64,000 bases of DNA, taken from NCBI GenBank assembly GCA_964548855.1, contig CAZJSR010000002.1, forward strand, positions 28,702 to 92,701. The letters are read 5' to 3'. Made by a program: the position numbers and the translations under genes. The notes under the pieces were generated by a model, which was not told the DNA's origin, ran no database searches, and saw only the letters and a list, made by a program, of their open reading frames with translations. Positions 19,081 to 28,771 of the stretch are shown piece by piece. Each line of letters begins with the position of its first letter. The first letter of the stretch is position 1. The stretch comes from an uncultured Anaeroplasmataceae bacterium (lineage in GTDB: Bacteria; Bacillota_I; Bacilli_A; Acholeplasmatales; Anaeroplasmataceae).

Positions 19081-21642
19081 ATGATTGAATTAAAAAATGT
19101 ATCTAAGATATATAAAGATAAAAACAAACGTAAAGTCCTTGCTTTAAATGATGTATCATTAAAACTACCTGATAGTGGCATGGTGTTTATTTTTGGTAAA
19201 AGTGGTAGTGGAAAATCTACAATGTTAAATTTGATTAGTGGTCTAGATAAGGTAACTAGTGGTGATATTATTGTAGATAATAAGAAATTCAGTGAGTTTA
19301 AAGAAGGAGATTTTGATGGTTATAGGGGAAGTTATTTAGGTATTATCTTTCAAGATTATCATCTTCTAGAAGAACTCACTGTAAGAGAAAATCTCGCTCT
19401 TGCAGGAGATTTAGCTAACGAAACGCCTGATTTATTATCCTTACTTAAAGAAGTAGAATTAAATGAGAGTTATTTAGATAAATATCCTTGCCAATTATCA
19501 GGTGGTGAACGTCAAAGAGTTGCGATTGCACGTACTTTAGGGAAAAAATCAAAAGTAATTTTAGCGGACGAACCAACAGGAAATCTTGATTTAGCTAACC
19601 GTATTCAAATATTTGATATTCTACATAAAATATCAAAGGATGTTTTAGTTTTGGTTGTATCCCATAATACTATTGATGCCGCAAATTATGCTGATAGAAT
19701 TATTACATTAGATAATGGTATGGTAATATATGATAAAATAAGAAAACCTGAATATGATAATAATTTTAAGGTAGTTGATTCTAAGGCATATTTGCCGCAC
19801 AATAAAAATTTAAAACAAGAAGAAATAAACTCGCTATATAATGTATCTAGTGTTGTTCAAATGGACGATGGTTTAATTGATAATATAGAAGATATTAAAG
19901 TAACAAAAGAAGCTTCATTTGTTTCAGGTAAATTAGAACGTAAGAAATTTTTAAAATTATTTAAAAGTTTCTTTAAAAAAAGAAAATTATCTAAAGTTCT
20001 TGTGATATTTATATCAGCTGTATTAATTTCATTATTCTATGTATTTCAATCATATTGCAGTTTTGACTCGAATGACATACAAAAAAATGAGCTTATCAAT
20101 AACAATGAGGTATCTCTTGCGCTTAGAAAAGTAGAATATGTAGGAAATGGTAATGTTACGTCTGATAGTTTGAAGGAAATATCATATGAAGATTATAATG
20201 CGTTTAAGAATACTGACTATAAAGGTAACGTTTTTAAATTATATAATACATGTATAAATTTTGAGGTTTCAGATATTAGTAATCAAAAATATATAACACC
20301 TGAAGAAAATACCGCAAGTTTTTATGCACTTGAATCTTATGGAGTATTAGAGTGTAATGAGAAATTTTTAATATCAGTTTATGGTAAAAATAACAAATTA
20401 GATATTCTTGCTGAAAGTAAAGAAAAAAAAGAGTATGGAATAGTCTTAACTGATTATTTAGCGGATGGAATACTTCATTATAATAAAAGTATAAAATCTT
20501 ATGATGATTTAGTTGGGTTATTTGATTCTGAGTATAATAAAATATATGTAAATATGATTATTAATACAGGTTATAAAGAAAAATATAGTAGTCTTATTAG
20601 TATATATGAAAGATTATTTGATTTAGATAAATCAAACGATCCTAATTTAGATGAGATATATAATGATAGTATGTATATGAGTTTTTTATACGAAGTTAAT
20701 AAATATTTAGCCGTTGCGTATTCTTTTAGTGATAATTATTACGAAACACTTCTTGAAAATAATTTTTTAGATACCATACATTCAGCTACAATATCTAATA
20801 TTTATAATGGTAAAACCTATAAGTCTTTTAATTATTATAAAATAAAAAGAGATTATTCACTAAAAGATAATGAAATGGTTGTAAGTAGTGAATACTATAA
20901 AACTATGTTTGACTGTTCAGATAGTGATGTTGAAAATTTTATTCCTCATAGTGTGAAATTTATCATTAGAAATGATAATGGCAATTATGAAAAAGAATTT
21001 TTTATAAAAGAAATTGTATCATATAAAGGTAGATATGTATTTGTAAGTAGTGATGTGTTTGATGATATTATACCTAAAACGATTATAAATTATGGAATGT
21101 ATTTCGATAATGTTAAAGATATAGATAAAGTTTTAAACATTAAAGGAAATGAATATTTATATTTATCTTTAACTGTAGAAGGTGTAGGGCTTATTGAAAA
21201 GTCTATAAAAATCTTTGGTGATTTTTTAATGATTTTCGCCGTCTTATTCCTATGTATTTGTGTTTTATACTTAGTATCTTTTGGATATAAAAACATCAAG
21301 CAAAATATTTATGAAATAAGTATTTTAGTATCTCTTGGAGGAAGAAAAAAAGATGTTAGTAAAATATTTATTTTAGATACTTTAGTAGTTGGAGTGGGTA
21401 TTATTATTCTTTCAACAATTGGAATGTATATTGCCTCAGTATCTTCAAATAGTATATTAGTTAATGCGTTTGAAAGTAGATTTAGTGTTAATTTATATGA
21501 TCTAAAAATAATTGATTATAAGTTTAATCAAGTAGTATTAGATTTGTTTATTACTGTTGTGATAGTATATGTTTCTGCGATAATTCCGACATTCTTTATC
21601 AGAAGAATGAGTCTTACAGATGCCCTTAAGGCTAAAGAATAA
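19081..21642 (+). CDS. MacB-architecture ABC protein (ATPase-FtsX fusion), tandem paralog of 16539..19070
   Basis: Intact Walker A GKSGSGKST, signature LSGGERQRV, Walker B VILADEPTGNLD and H-loop VSHN. It shares extracytoplasmic motifs with the upstream gene (DYKGNVFKLYN vs NYKGNVYKLNN; YGIVLTDYLADG vs YGILVTDYVADS; NTGYKEKYSSLISIYE vs KTNYKEKYKDIISLYE). Confidence 0.85.
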   Translation: MIELKNVSKIYKDKNKRKVLALNDVSLKLPDSGMVFIFGKSGSGKSTMLNLISGLDKVTSGDIIVDNKKFSEFKEGDFDGYRGSYLGIIFQDYHLLEELTVRENLALAGDLANETPDLLSLLKEVELNESYLDKYPCQLSGGERQRVAIARTLGKKSKVILADEPTGNLDLANRIQIFDILHKISKDVLVLVVSHNTIDAANYADRIITLDNGMVIYDKIRKPEYDNNFKVVDSKAYLPHNKNLKQEEINSLYNVSSVVQMDDGLIDNIEDIKVTKEASFVSGKLERKKFLKLFKSFFKKRKLSKVLVIFISAVLISLFYVFQSYCSFDSNDIQKNELINNNEVSLALRKVEYVGNGNVTSDSLKEISYEDYNAFKNTDYKGNVFKLYNTCINFEVSDISNQKYITPEENTASFYALESYGVLECNEKFLISVYGKNNKLDILAESKEKKEYGIVLTDYLADGILHYNKSIKSYDDLVGLFDSEYNKIYVNMIINTGYKEKYSSLISIYERLFDLDKSNDPNLDEIYNDSMYMSFLYEVNKYLAVAYSFSDNYYETLLENNFLDTIHSATISNIYNGKTYKSFNYYKIKRDYSLKDNEMVVSSEYYKTMFDCSDSDVENFIPHSVKFIIRNDNGNYEKEFFIKEIVSYKGRYVFVSSDVFDDIIPKTIINYGMYFDNVKDIDKVLNIKGNEYLYLSLTVEGVGLIEKSIKIFGDFLMIFAVLFLCICVLYLVSFGYKNIKQNIYEISILVSLGGRKKDVSKIFILDTLVVGVGIIILSTIGMYIASVSSNSILVNAFESRFSVNLYDLKIIDYKFNQVVLDLFITVVIVYVSAIIPTFFIRRMSLTDALKAKE

Positions 21643-21647
21643 AGAAA

Positions 21648-21677
21648 AATAGACATTTTTATGTCTATTTTTTTTTG
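21648..21677. terminator. Bidirectional rho-independent terminator between the convergent ABC gene and the Crp/Fnr gene
   Basis: AAATAGACAT-TTTT-ATGTCTATTT stem followed by a T-run on the + strand and preceded by an A-rich tract. It overlaps the stop of the minus-strand gene. Confidence 0.7.
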
Positions 21678-22348
21678 ATGATTTTGTATGATCTTTCATC
21701 AAAATCAATTATACCTTCTTTTTTTAATTTGTTTAGTTCGATTGAAAGTGCACTTCTTTCTACTCCTAAATATGTTGCGAGTTCTGTTTGATTAAAGGGA
21801 ATTTTAAAATATTTTTTCTTTCCATTTGATTGAGTTTTTAGATAAGAAAGAACTTTTAATCTTGTTTTTGACTGGCACATTGCGTGAATTCTATTTGTTG
21901 ATGTTAATAACATATTAGATATGTTAAGAAAAGTATGTTTTTGACAATCAATATGTCTTTTGCATCTATTTTCACATGGATTTAAAAAACGATATCCGTC
22001 ACATACTAATATCACGCAATCTTCAAGCGCAATTAATTCTTCATTAGATATTTCTGATTCATTTAGAATATATTCTATTCCAAATATATCGTCTTTTATA
22101 TAATCTCTATTAATAATTTCTTTTCCATTAATATCCATTGTATAGCTTCTTGCATGTCCTGATGCGATTATATAAATATTAGATGATTTTTCTAATGGTG
22201 CGACTATGGTTGAATGTTTTTTATAATGTTGTACTCTAACATTAAAACACCTAAGTATAGCTCTGAAATTTTGTTCATCTAGATTTTTAAAATATACACA
22301 ATCTTTTATTATCTTCTCCATAATTATATGTTGTTGGAATTCCAACAC
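21665..22348 (-). CDS. Crp/Fnr-family transcriptional regulator with a central Cys cluster
   Basis: N-terminal cNMP-binding-like beta-roll region and a C-terminal HTH (FNQTELATYLGVERSALSIELNKLKKEGII). A Cys cluster PCENRCKRHIDC lies between the two domains. The start is ambiguous: GTG at 22348 or ATG at 22321 (MEKIIKD). Confidence 0.75.
   Translation of the reverse strand: MLEFQQHIIMEKIIKDCVYFKNLDEQNFRAILRCFNVRVQHYKKHSTIVAPLEKSSNIYIIASGHARSYTMDINGKEIINRDYIKDDIFGIEYILNESEISNEELIALEDCVILVCDGYRFLNPCENRCKRHIDCQKHTFLNISNMLLTSTNRIHAMCQSKTRLKVLSYLKTQSNGKKKYFKIPFNQTELATYLGVERSALSIELNKLKKEGIIDFDERSYKIIKKK
22332..22347. promoter_or_regulatory. Perfect 16-bp palindrome TGTTGGAATTCCAACA (5-6-5 Crp/Fnr-type layout) in the crp-like/nrdD divergent region
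   Basis: Read directly. Its centre lies about 41-42 bp upstream of the TSS predicted from the TATAAT at 22369..22374, and no good -35 hexamer is present. Confidence 0.5.
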
Positions 22349-22368
22349 CTTTCATATTTTTATTATAC

Positions 22369-22374
22369 TATAAT
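22369..22374 (+). promoter_or_regulatory. Candidate -10 hexamer (TATAAT) of the nrdD promoter
   Basis: TATAAT lies 37 nt upstream of the nrdD ATG. The -35 region is poor, consistent with an activator-dependent promoter. Confidence 0.4.
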
Positions 22375-22410
22375 ACATATGCGATGTAAAGAAGGAAAGG
22401 GAGGATTAGA

Positions 22411-24573
22411 ATGAACGTTATAAAAAGAAGCGGTAAAGAAGTAGTATTCGATGAAACAAAAATTTATAACGCGATACTAAAAGCTAATGAATCAGTAGAT
22501 GAAAGAAGATATAGACTAACAGATGCTGAAATATTAGAAATCGTTCAAAAGGTTAATGAAAAAGCAAATTCATTAGGAAGAGCAGTAGGAGTAGAAGAAA
22601 TTCAAGATTATGTTGAAGAGGCTATTATGTTAGATGGTAAATATAAGGTTGCGAAATCTTATATAACATATCGTTATAGACATCACCTAATGCGTCAAAG
22701 TAACACAACAGATGAATATATCTTGTCTTTAATTGATGGAGAAAATGAGGAAGTTAAACAAGAAAATTCTAATAAGAATCCAACAGTTAATAGTGTACAA
22801 AGAGATTATATGGCAGGTGAAGTATCTAAGGATATAACTAATAGATTTTTACTTCCAGAAGATATTAAGAATGCTCACAAAAATGGACTTATTCATTTCC
22901 ATGATGCTGATTATTTTGCACAACATATGCATAACTGTGATTTAGTTAATTTAGAGGACATGTTACAAAATGGAACAGTTATCAGCCAAACATTAATTGA
23001 AAAACCACATAGTTTTTCAACAGCTTGTAATATAGCTACTCAAATAATTGCGCAAGTCGCATCAAGTCAATATGGTGGACAATCAATTTCACTTGCACAT
23101 TTAGCGCCGTTTGTTGATATTAGTCGTAAGAAGATTAAAACACAAGTTATTGAAGAATATAAAAAAATAGGTGCAAATGTATCTGATGACGTTATTAATG
23201 AAGTTGTTGAAACGAGATTACGTCTTGAAGTTGAAAGAGGAGTACAAACTATTCAATATCAAGTTGTAACATTAATGACAACTAACGGACAAGCTCCTTT
23301 TATAACAGAATTTATGTATTTAAATGAAGCTAAAAATGATGTTGAAAGAGATGATTTAGCTTTGATTATTGAAGAAACTTTAAAACAAAGAATGAAGGGA
23401 ATTAAAAATGAAAAGGGTGTGTATATAACACCTGCATTCCCTAAGATTATTTATGTACTAGAAGAAGATAATATTTCAGAGGATTCTAAATATTATTATT
23501 TAACAGAACTTGCGGCTAAATGTACAGCTAAAAGAATGGTTCCTGATTATATATCAGAAAAGATAATGAAACAATTAAAACAAGGTAATTGTTATCCAGT
23601 AATGGGATGTAGAAGTGCACTTTCTGTGTGGCATGATGAATCTGGTAAACCTAAATTTTATGGAAGATTTAATCAAGGTGTTGTTACAATTAATCTAGTA
23701 GATGTTGCGTGTAGTGCCGCTGACTTAGATGAATTTTGGAAGATTTTAGATGAAAGATTAGAATTATGTCATAGAGCATTAAGATTACGCCATGAAAGAT
23801 TAAAAGGAACAAAGAGTGATGTTGCGCCTATTTTATGGCAACATGGTGCTCTTGCGAGATTAAAACCAGGTGAAACAATTGATAAGTTATTATATGGTGG
23901 ATATTCAACTATATCATTAGGATTTGCAGGATTATGGGAAACTGTATATAAGCTAATAGGACGTAAATTAACAGAAGAAGAAGGCCAAGAATTAGGAATT
24001 AAGATTCTTGAATATATGGATGAAAAATGTGATTTATGGACTAAAGATGAGAATGTTGCGTATTCTATTTATGGTACACCACTTGAATCTACAACTTATA
24101 AATTCGCGAAATCACTACAAAAACGTTTTGGTATTATAAAGGGTGTAACAGATAGAAATTATATTACTAATAGTTATCATGTTCATGTAACTGAAGATAT
24201 AGATGCGTTTACTAAACTTAAAACAGAAAGTAAATTCCAATCACTATCTTTAGGGGGAGCGATATCTTATGTTGAAGTACCTAATATGCAAGATAATATT
24301 CCTGCAGTACTTCAAGTTATTAAGTTTATATATAATAATATAATGTATGCCGAACTTAATACAAAGAGTGACTACTGTCAAAAATGTCAATACGATGGAG
24401 AAATAAAAATCGTTACTGACAGTTCTGAAAAATTAATTTGGGAATGTCCTAATTGTGGTAATAGGGACCAAACTACAATGAATGTTGCAAGAAGAACATG
24501 TGGATATATCGGAAGTCAGTTCTGGAATCAAGGTAGAACTCAAGAAATAAAGGATAGAAAACTTCATTTATAA
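22411..24573 (+). CDS. nrdD: Anaerobic ribonucleoside-triphosphate reductase (class III RNR)
   Basis: N-terminal ATP-cone (VIKRSGKEVVFDETKI). C-terminal Zn ribbon CQKCQYDGE...CPNCGN, followed by the glycyl-radical motif RRTCGYIG. Strong GGGAGG Shine-Dalgarno. Length is 720 aa. Confidence 0.95.
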   Translation: MNVIKRSGKEVVFDETKIYNAILKANESVDERRYRLTDAEILEIVQKVNEKANSLGRAVGVEEIQDYVEEAIMLDGKYKVAKSYITYRYRHHLMRQSNTTDEYILSLIDGENEEVKQENSNKNPTVNSVQRDYMAGEVSKDITNRFLLPEDIKNAHKNGLIHFHDADYFAQHMHNCDLVNLEDMLQNGTVISQTLIEKPHSFSTACNIATQIIAQVASSQYGGQSISLAHLAPFVDISRKKIKTQVIEEYKKIGANVSDDVINEVVETRLRLEVERGVQTIQYQVVTLMTTNGQAPFITEFMYLNEAKNDVERDDLALIIEETLKQRMKGIKNEKGVYITPAFPKIIYVLEEDNISEDSKYYYLTELAAKCTAKRMVPDYISEKIMKQLKQGNCYPVMGCRSALSVWHDESGKPKFYGRFNQGVVTINLVDVACSAADLDEFWKILDERLELCHRALRLRHERLKGTKSDVAPILWQHGALARLKPGETIDKLLYGGYSTISLGFAGLWETVYKLIGRKLTEEEGQELGIKILEYMDEKCDLWTKDENVAYSIYGTPLESTTYKFAKSLQKRFGIIKGVTDRNYITNSYHVHVTEDIDAFTKLKTESKFQSLSLGGAISYVEVPNMQDNIPAVLQVIKFIYNNIMYAELNTKSDYCQKCQYDGEIKIVTDSSEKLIWECPNCGNRDQTTMNVARRTCGYIGSQFWNQGRTQEIKDRKLHL

Positions 24574-24582
24574 AATAATAAA

Positions 24583-24611
24583 ATCAACCAAAAAAATGGT
24601 TGATTTTTTTT
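24583..24611 (+). terminator. Rho-independent terminator of nrdD
   Basis: ATCAACCA-AAAAAA-TGGTTGAT stem followed by a T-run. Confidence 0.8.
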
Positions 24612-24612
24612 A

Positions 24613-24640
24613 TAAAAAAATAAGTGGCATTAAGCCACTT
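24613..24640 (-). terminator. Rho-independent terminator of gdhA
   Basis: AAGTGGC-ATTAA-GCCACTT stem. On the minus strand it is followed by a 7-8 nt T-run and lies 10 nt past the gdhA stop. Confidence 0.75.
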
Positions 24641-24649
24641 ATATAAATC

Positions 24650-26050
<1,401 letters not shown>

Positions 26051-26273
26051 CTATTTGTAGTATAGCACCAATTTTTTTAAAAAAAATATTTAAGATGTGA
26101 ATAAATTAAAAAAACATTTTTTTTTGAATTATGTTCGTTTTTTTAATGTTTTTTAAATATTTTTTTCATAATAATTAAGAAAACATAGAAAATATACGAA
26201 TTTCATTTTGTATTTTATTCGAAATTAAGAACTATTTTTGAATAATCTTTAATGGGAAAAATATTGAATATAA

Positions 26274-26302
26274 TTGATTGTTTTACCAATTAATTATATA
26301 AT
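26274..26302 (+). promoter_or_regulatory. Sigma-A-type promoter of the purine permease gene (-35 TTGATT, 17-nt spacer, -10 TATAAT)
   Basis: Hexamers and spacing were counted directly. It lies 60 nt upstream of the GTG start. Confidence 0.55.
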
Positions 26303-26361
26303 ACTTCTATAGAATGATTTGTTTAAAAGAACAAATTAAATATTAACGGAGGAAAAGAATC

Positions 26362-27972
26362 GTGGAAAACAATCAAGAAAAAGATCTTGAAGAAGTAGTA
26401 GAAACTTCTTCAGATGAATCTGAAGGAATTAAAACTTATGATGATTCAAATGCGTCTAAGATTGATAAATTCTTCGGAGTCACAAAGTATGGATCAACTA
26501 TGAAGGTTGAAATCATGGCAGGAATCGTAACATTCTTAGCTATGTGTTATATTTTAGTAGTAAATCCAAATTCAATTTTATATGCCGGACAACAAGATCC
26601 AATGTGGGCATCAATCTTTATCGCAACAGCTATTGGAGCGGTACTTGGTACATTATTAATGGCACTTTTAGCAAAAATGCCATTCGCACAAGCACCTGGA
26701 TTAGGGCTTAACTCTGCAGTAGGTTCAATTATAGGTGGAGGTATAGGAGCGTACTCAAGTACTTATGGTAATCTCCATTACTCTTTTGGAAATGCAATGT
26801 TATTAGTATTAATAAGCGGAGTACTTTTCTTAATATTGTCAGTTGTGCCAATAGGAAAGAATAAAGAAACTGGCAAGTTTGTAACATTAAGAGAAAAAAT
26901 ATTTGATGGAATGCCTGTTGCTGTTCGTAAGGCAATATCAGTAGGTATTGGTTTATTTATTGCATTTATCGGTCTTCAAAATGCTAAAATAATAGTTAAT
27001 AATGATTTTACATTAGTTCAATTAGTAGGCTTCAATCAAAAAGGCGCATGGAAACTTGGTGGAGAAGCATGTTGTGCAATAGTAGGAATATTCTCATTTG
27101 CAGTAATTGCGGTATTATCTCATTTTAAAGTTAAAGGTGCAATTATTATAGGAATATTATCAGCTACAGTTCTTGCGATTCCTTTAAAAGTTGCGAATAT
27201 TGATATCCTAACTGGAGATGCTGGCATTACTTGGAAATTCTGGGAAAACTTCAAAAACTTTTTCAAATCAACAGAAGAAGGTGGAGTAGCCTTCGCAGCG
27301 TTTAGAGATGGACTTAATATGCCAAAAGGATCATTTATGACATCAGTAATGATAGTTATAACATTCTCAATGATAGATATGTTCGATACAATGGGAACAG
27401 TAGTAGGATGTGCTACGAATGCTGGATTAATTGAAAAAGACGGAAAACCTCATAACTATAATAAGATCATGGTTTCAGATTCAATCGCAACTGTTGCAGG
27501 TGCTTGTTTAGGTACATCAACAGTTACTACATTTGTTGAATCAGGTTCAGGAATCGCAGTAGGTGGAAAAACAGGAATGACTTCTCTTGTAACAGCTATC
27601 CTATTCTTCCTTTCTATATTCTTGTTACCAATATTTGCGTTTATTCCAACAGCTGCGGCATCAGGTGCATTAATGTATGTTGGTGTATTAATGATGTCAA
27701 ACGTTAAGAGTATTGATTTTAGTAGTCCATTAAATGCTGTACCTGCATTTATTACTATTATAATGATGCCTCTTGCATATTCAATCACAACAGGTATCGG
27801 AATGGGAATTATTTCTTATGTACTTATTAACTCAATCGCATGGGTTGTTGAATTTATTCAATATAAGTTAGGTAAAAAAGAAGAAAAACCAAAATGGAAT
27901 ATTTCAGTAGTATGTCTTGTAATATTCATTTTATTCTTAGTTTACTTCTTTGTTCCTACATCATTTAAATAA
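26362..27972 (+). CDS. NCS2/AzgA-family purine (adenine/guanine/hypoxanthine) permease with an acidic N-terminal extension
   Basis: Polytopic membrane protein with AzgA/PbuG-like motifs (MKVEIMAGIVTFLAMCYILVVNP, FAQAPGLGLN, TTFVESGSGIAVGGKTG). GTG start with a GGAGGA Shine-Dalgarno. Confidence 0.85.
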   Translation: MENNQEKDLEEVVETSSDESEGIKTYDDSNASKIDKFFGVTKYGSTMKVEIMAGIVTFLAMCYILVVNPNSILYAGQQDPMWASIFIATAIGAVLGTLLMALLAKMPFAQAPGLGLNSAVGSIIGGGIGAYSSTYGNLHYSFGNAMLLVLISGVLFLILSVVPIGKNKETGKFVTLREKIFDGMPVAVRKAISVGIGLFIAFIGLQNAKIIVNNDFTLVQLVGFNQKGAWKLGGEACCAIVGIFSFAVIAVLSHFKVKGAIIIGILSATVLAIPLKVANIDILTGDAGITWKFWENFKNFFKSTEEGGVAFAAFRDGLNMPKGSFMTSVMIVITFSMIDMFDTMGTVVGCATNAGLIEKDGKPHNYNKIMVSDSIATVAGACLGTSTVTTFVESGSGIAVGGKTGMTSLVTAILFFLSIFLLPIFAFIPTAAASGALMYVGVLMMSNVKSIDFSSPLNAVPAFITIIMMPLAYSITTGIGMGIISYVLINSIAWVVEFIQYKLGKKEEKPKWNISVVCLVIFILFLVYFFVPTSFK

Positions 27973-27983
27973 AAGTATTAAGG

Positions 27984-28011
27984 GCTATCTTTATTATAAG
28001 ATAGCTTTTTT
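27984..28011 (+). terminator. Rho-independent terminator of the permease gene
   Basis: GCTATCTT-TATTAT-AAGATAGC stem followed by TTTTTT. Confidence 0.8.
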
Positions 28012-28068
28012 ATTTAAAATAATAACTTGTTTTTATTGTTAATTTTATAAACTTAATTTATAATAATT

Positions 28069-28737
28069 ATGGTGTTTAATATGTTAGAAAAAAAATGGAC
28101 TTCTGTTTTTATGTATCAAGAATCATCAAAAATAGATATAGAAAAATTTAATAGAGAGTTAAATATAAAATATAAGTTTGATAAATTATCATTAATTTTA
28201 TTAATAATAGGAATAGTATCAATATTTTTAAATATATTATCAATGTACTTTATAGTACTTACTACAGGTAGTTTTTGTTTCCTTCTTTTTCATAGAAGAA
28301 AAGTAAATGATAAAAGAAAACTAGAAAAACTAGACTTGTTAGAAAAGATTATTATAAAAGAATCTAAAGGTTTTATACCTATAAGTGCTGTATACCCAGT
28401 ATATTTATCTTTAGATAATAAAAATAAGATATTTACTTTGTTTTATCAAGATAAAGAATATATTAAAGTAGAATATGAAGATATTTTATCATACGATATA
28501 TATATTGATAGAACCAAAGCTGGCGCAAGACTTCCAGAACTACCAGACCCTAGAATGAGATCATATATTATTGAGATTACATTTAAAGATAATAAAAAGG
28601 CCGAAATTGGGTTTAGTAATAATAATAAATATTTCTTATTAAATGGGAAATATACATACCTACAATACGCAAATACTAAATCTATTAATAAGCTTGCGAC
28701 TGTATTTGATAAAATAATAAAGAATAAAAGAGTATAA
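28069..28737 (+). CDS. Hypothetical membrane protein (two N-terminal TMs plus ~140-aa soluble domain)
   Basis: Contains a hydrophobic hairpin LSLILLIIGIVSIFLNILSMYFIVLTTGSFCFLLF. I recognised no family motif. Monocistronic, lying between two strong terminators. Confidence 0.5.
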   Translation: MVFNMLEKKWTSVFMYQESSKIDIEKFNRELNIKYKFDKLSLILLIIGIVSIFLNILSMYFIVLTTGSFCFLLFHRRKVNDKRKLEKLDLLEKIIIKESKGFIPISAVYPVYLSLDNKNKIFTLFYQDKEYIKVEYEDILSYDIYIDRTKAGARLPELPDPRMRSYIIEITFKDNKKAEIGFSNNNKYFLLNGKYTYLQYANTKSINKLATVFDKIIKNKRV

Positions 28738-28739
28738 AA

Positions 28740-28770
28740 ATAGAACTTGGAATTTTTCTCCAAGTTCTAT
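28740..28770. terminator. Strong bidirectional terminator (12-bp stem) shared by the hypothetical gene and hflX
   Basis: ATAGAACTTGGA-ATTTTTC-TCCAAGTTCTAT. T-runs are available on both strands. Confidence 0.8.
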
Positions 28771-28771
28771 T

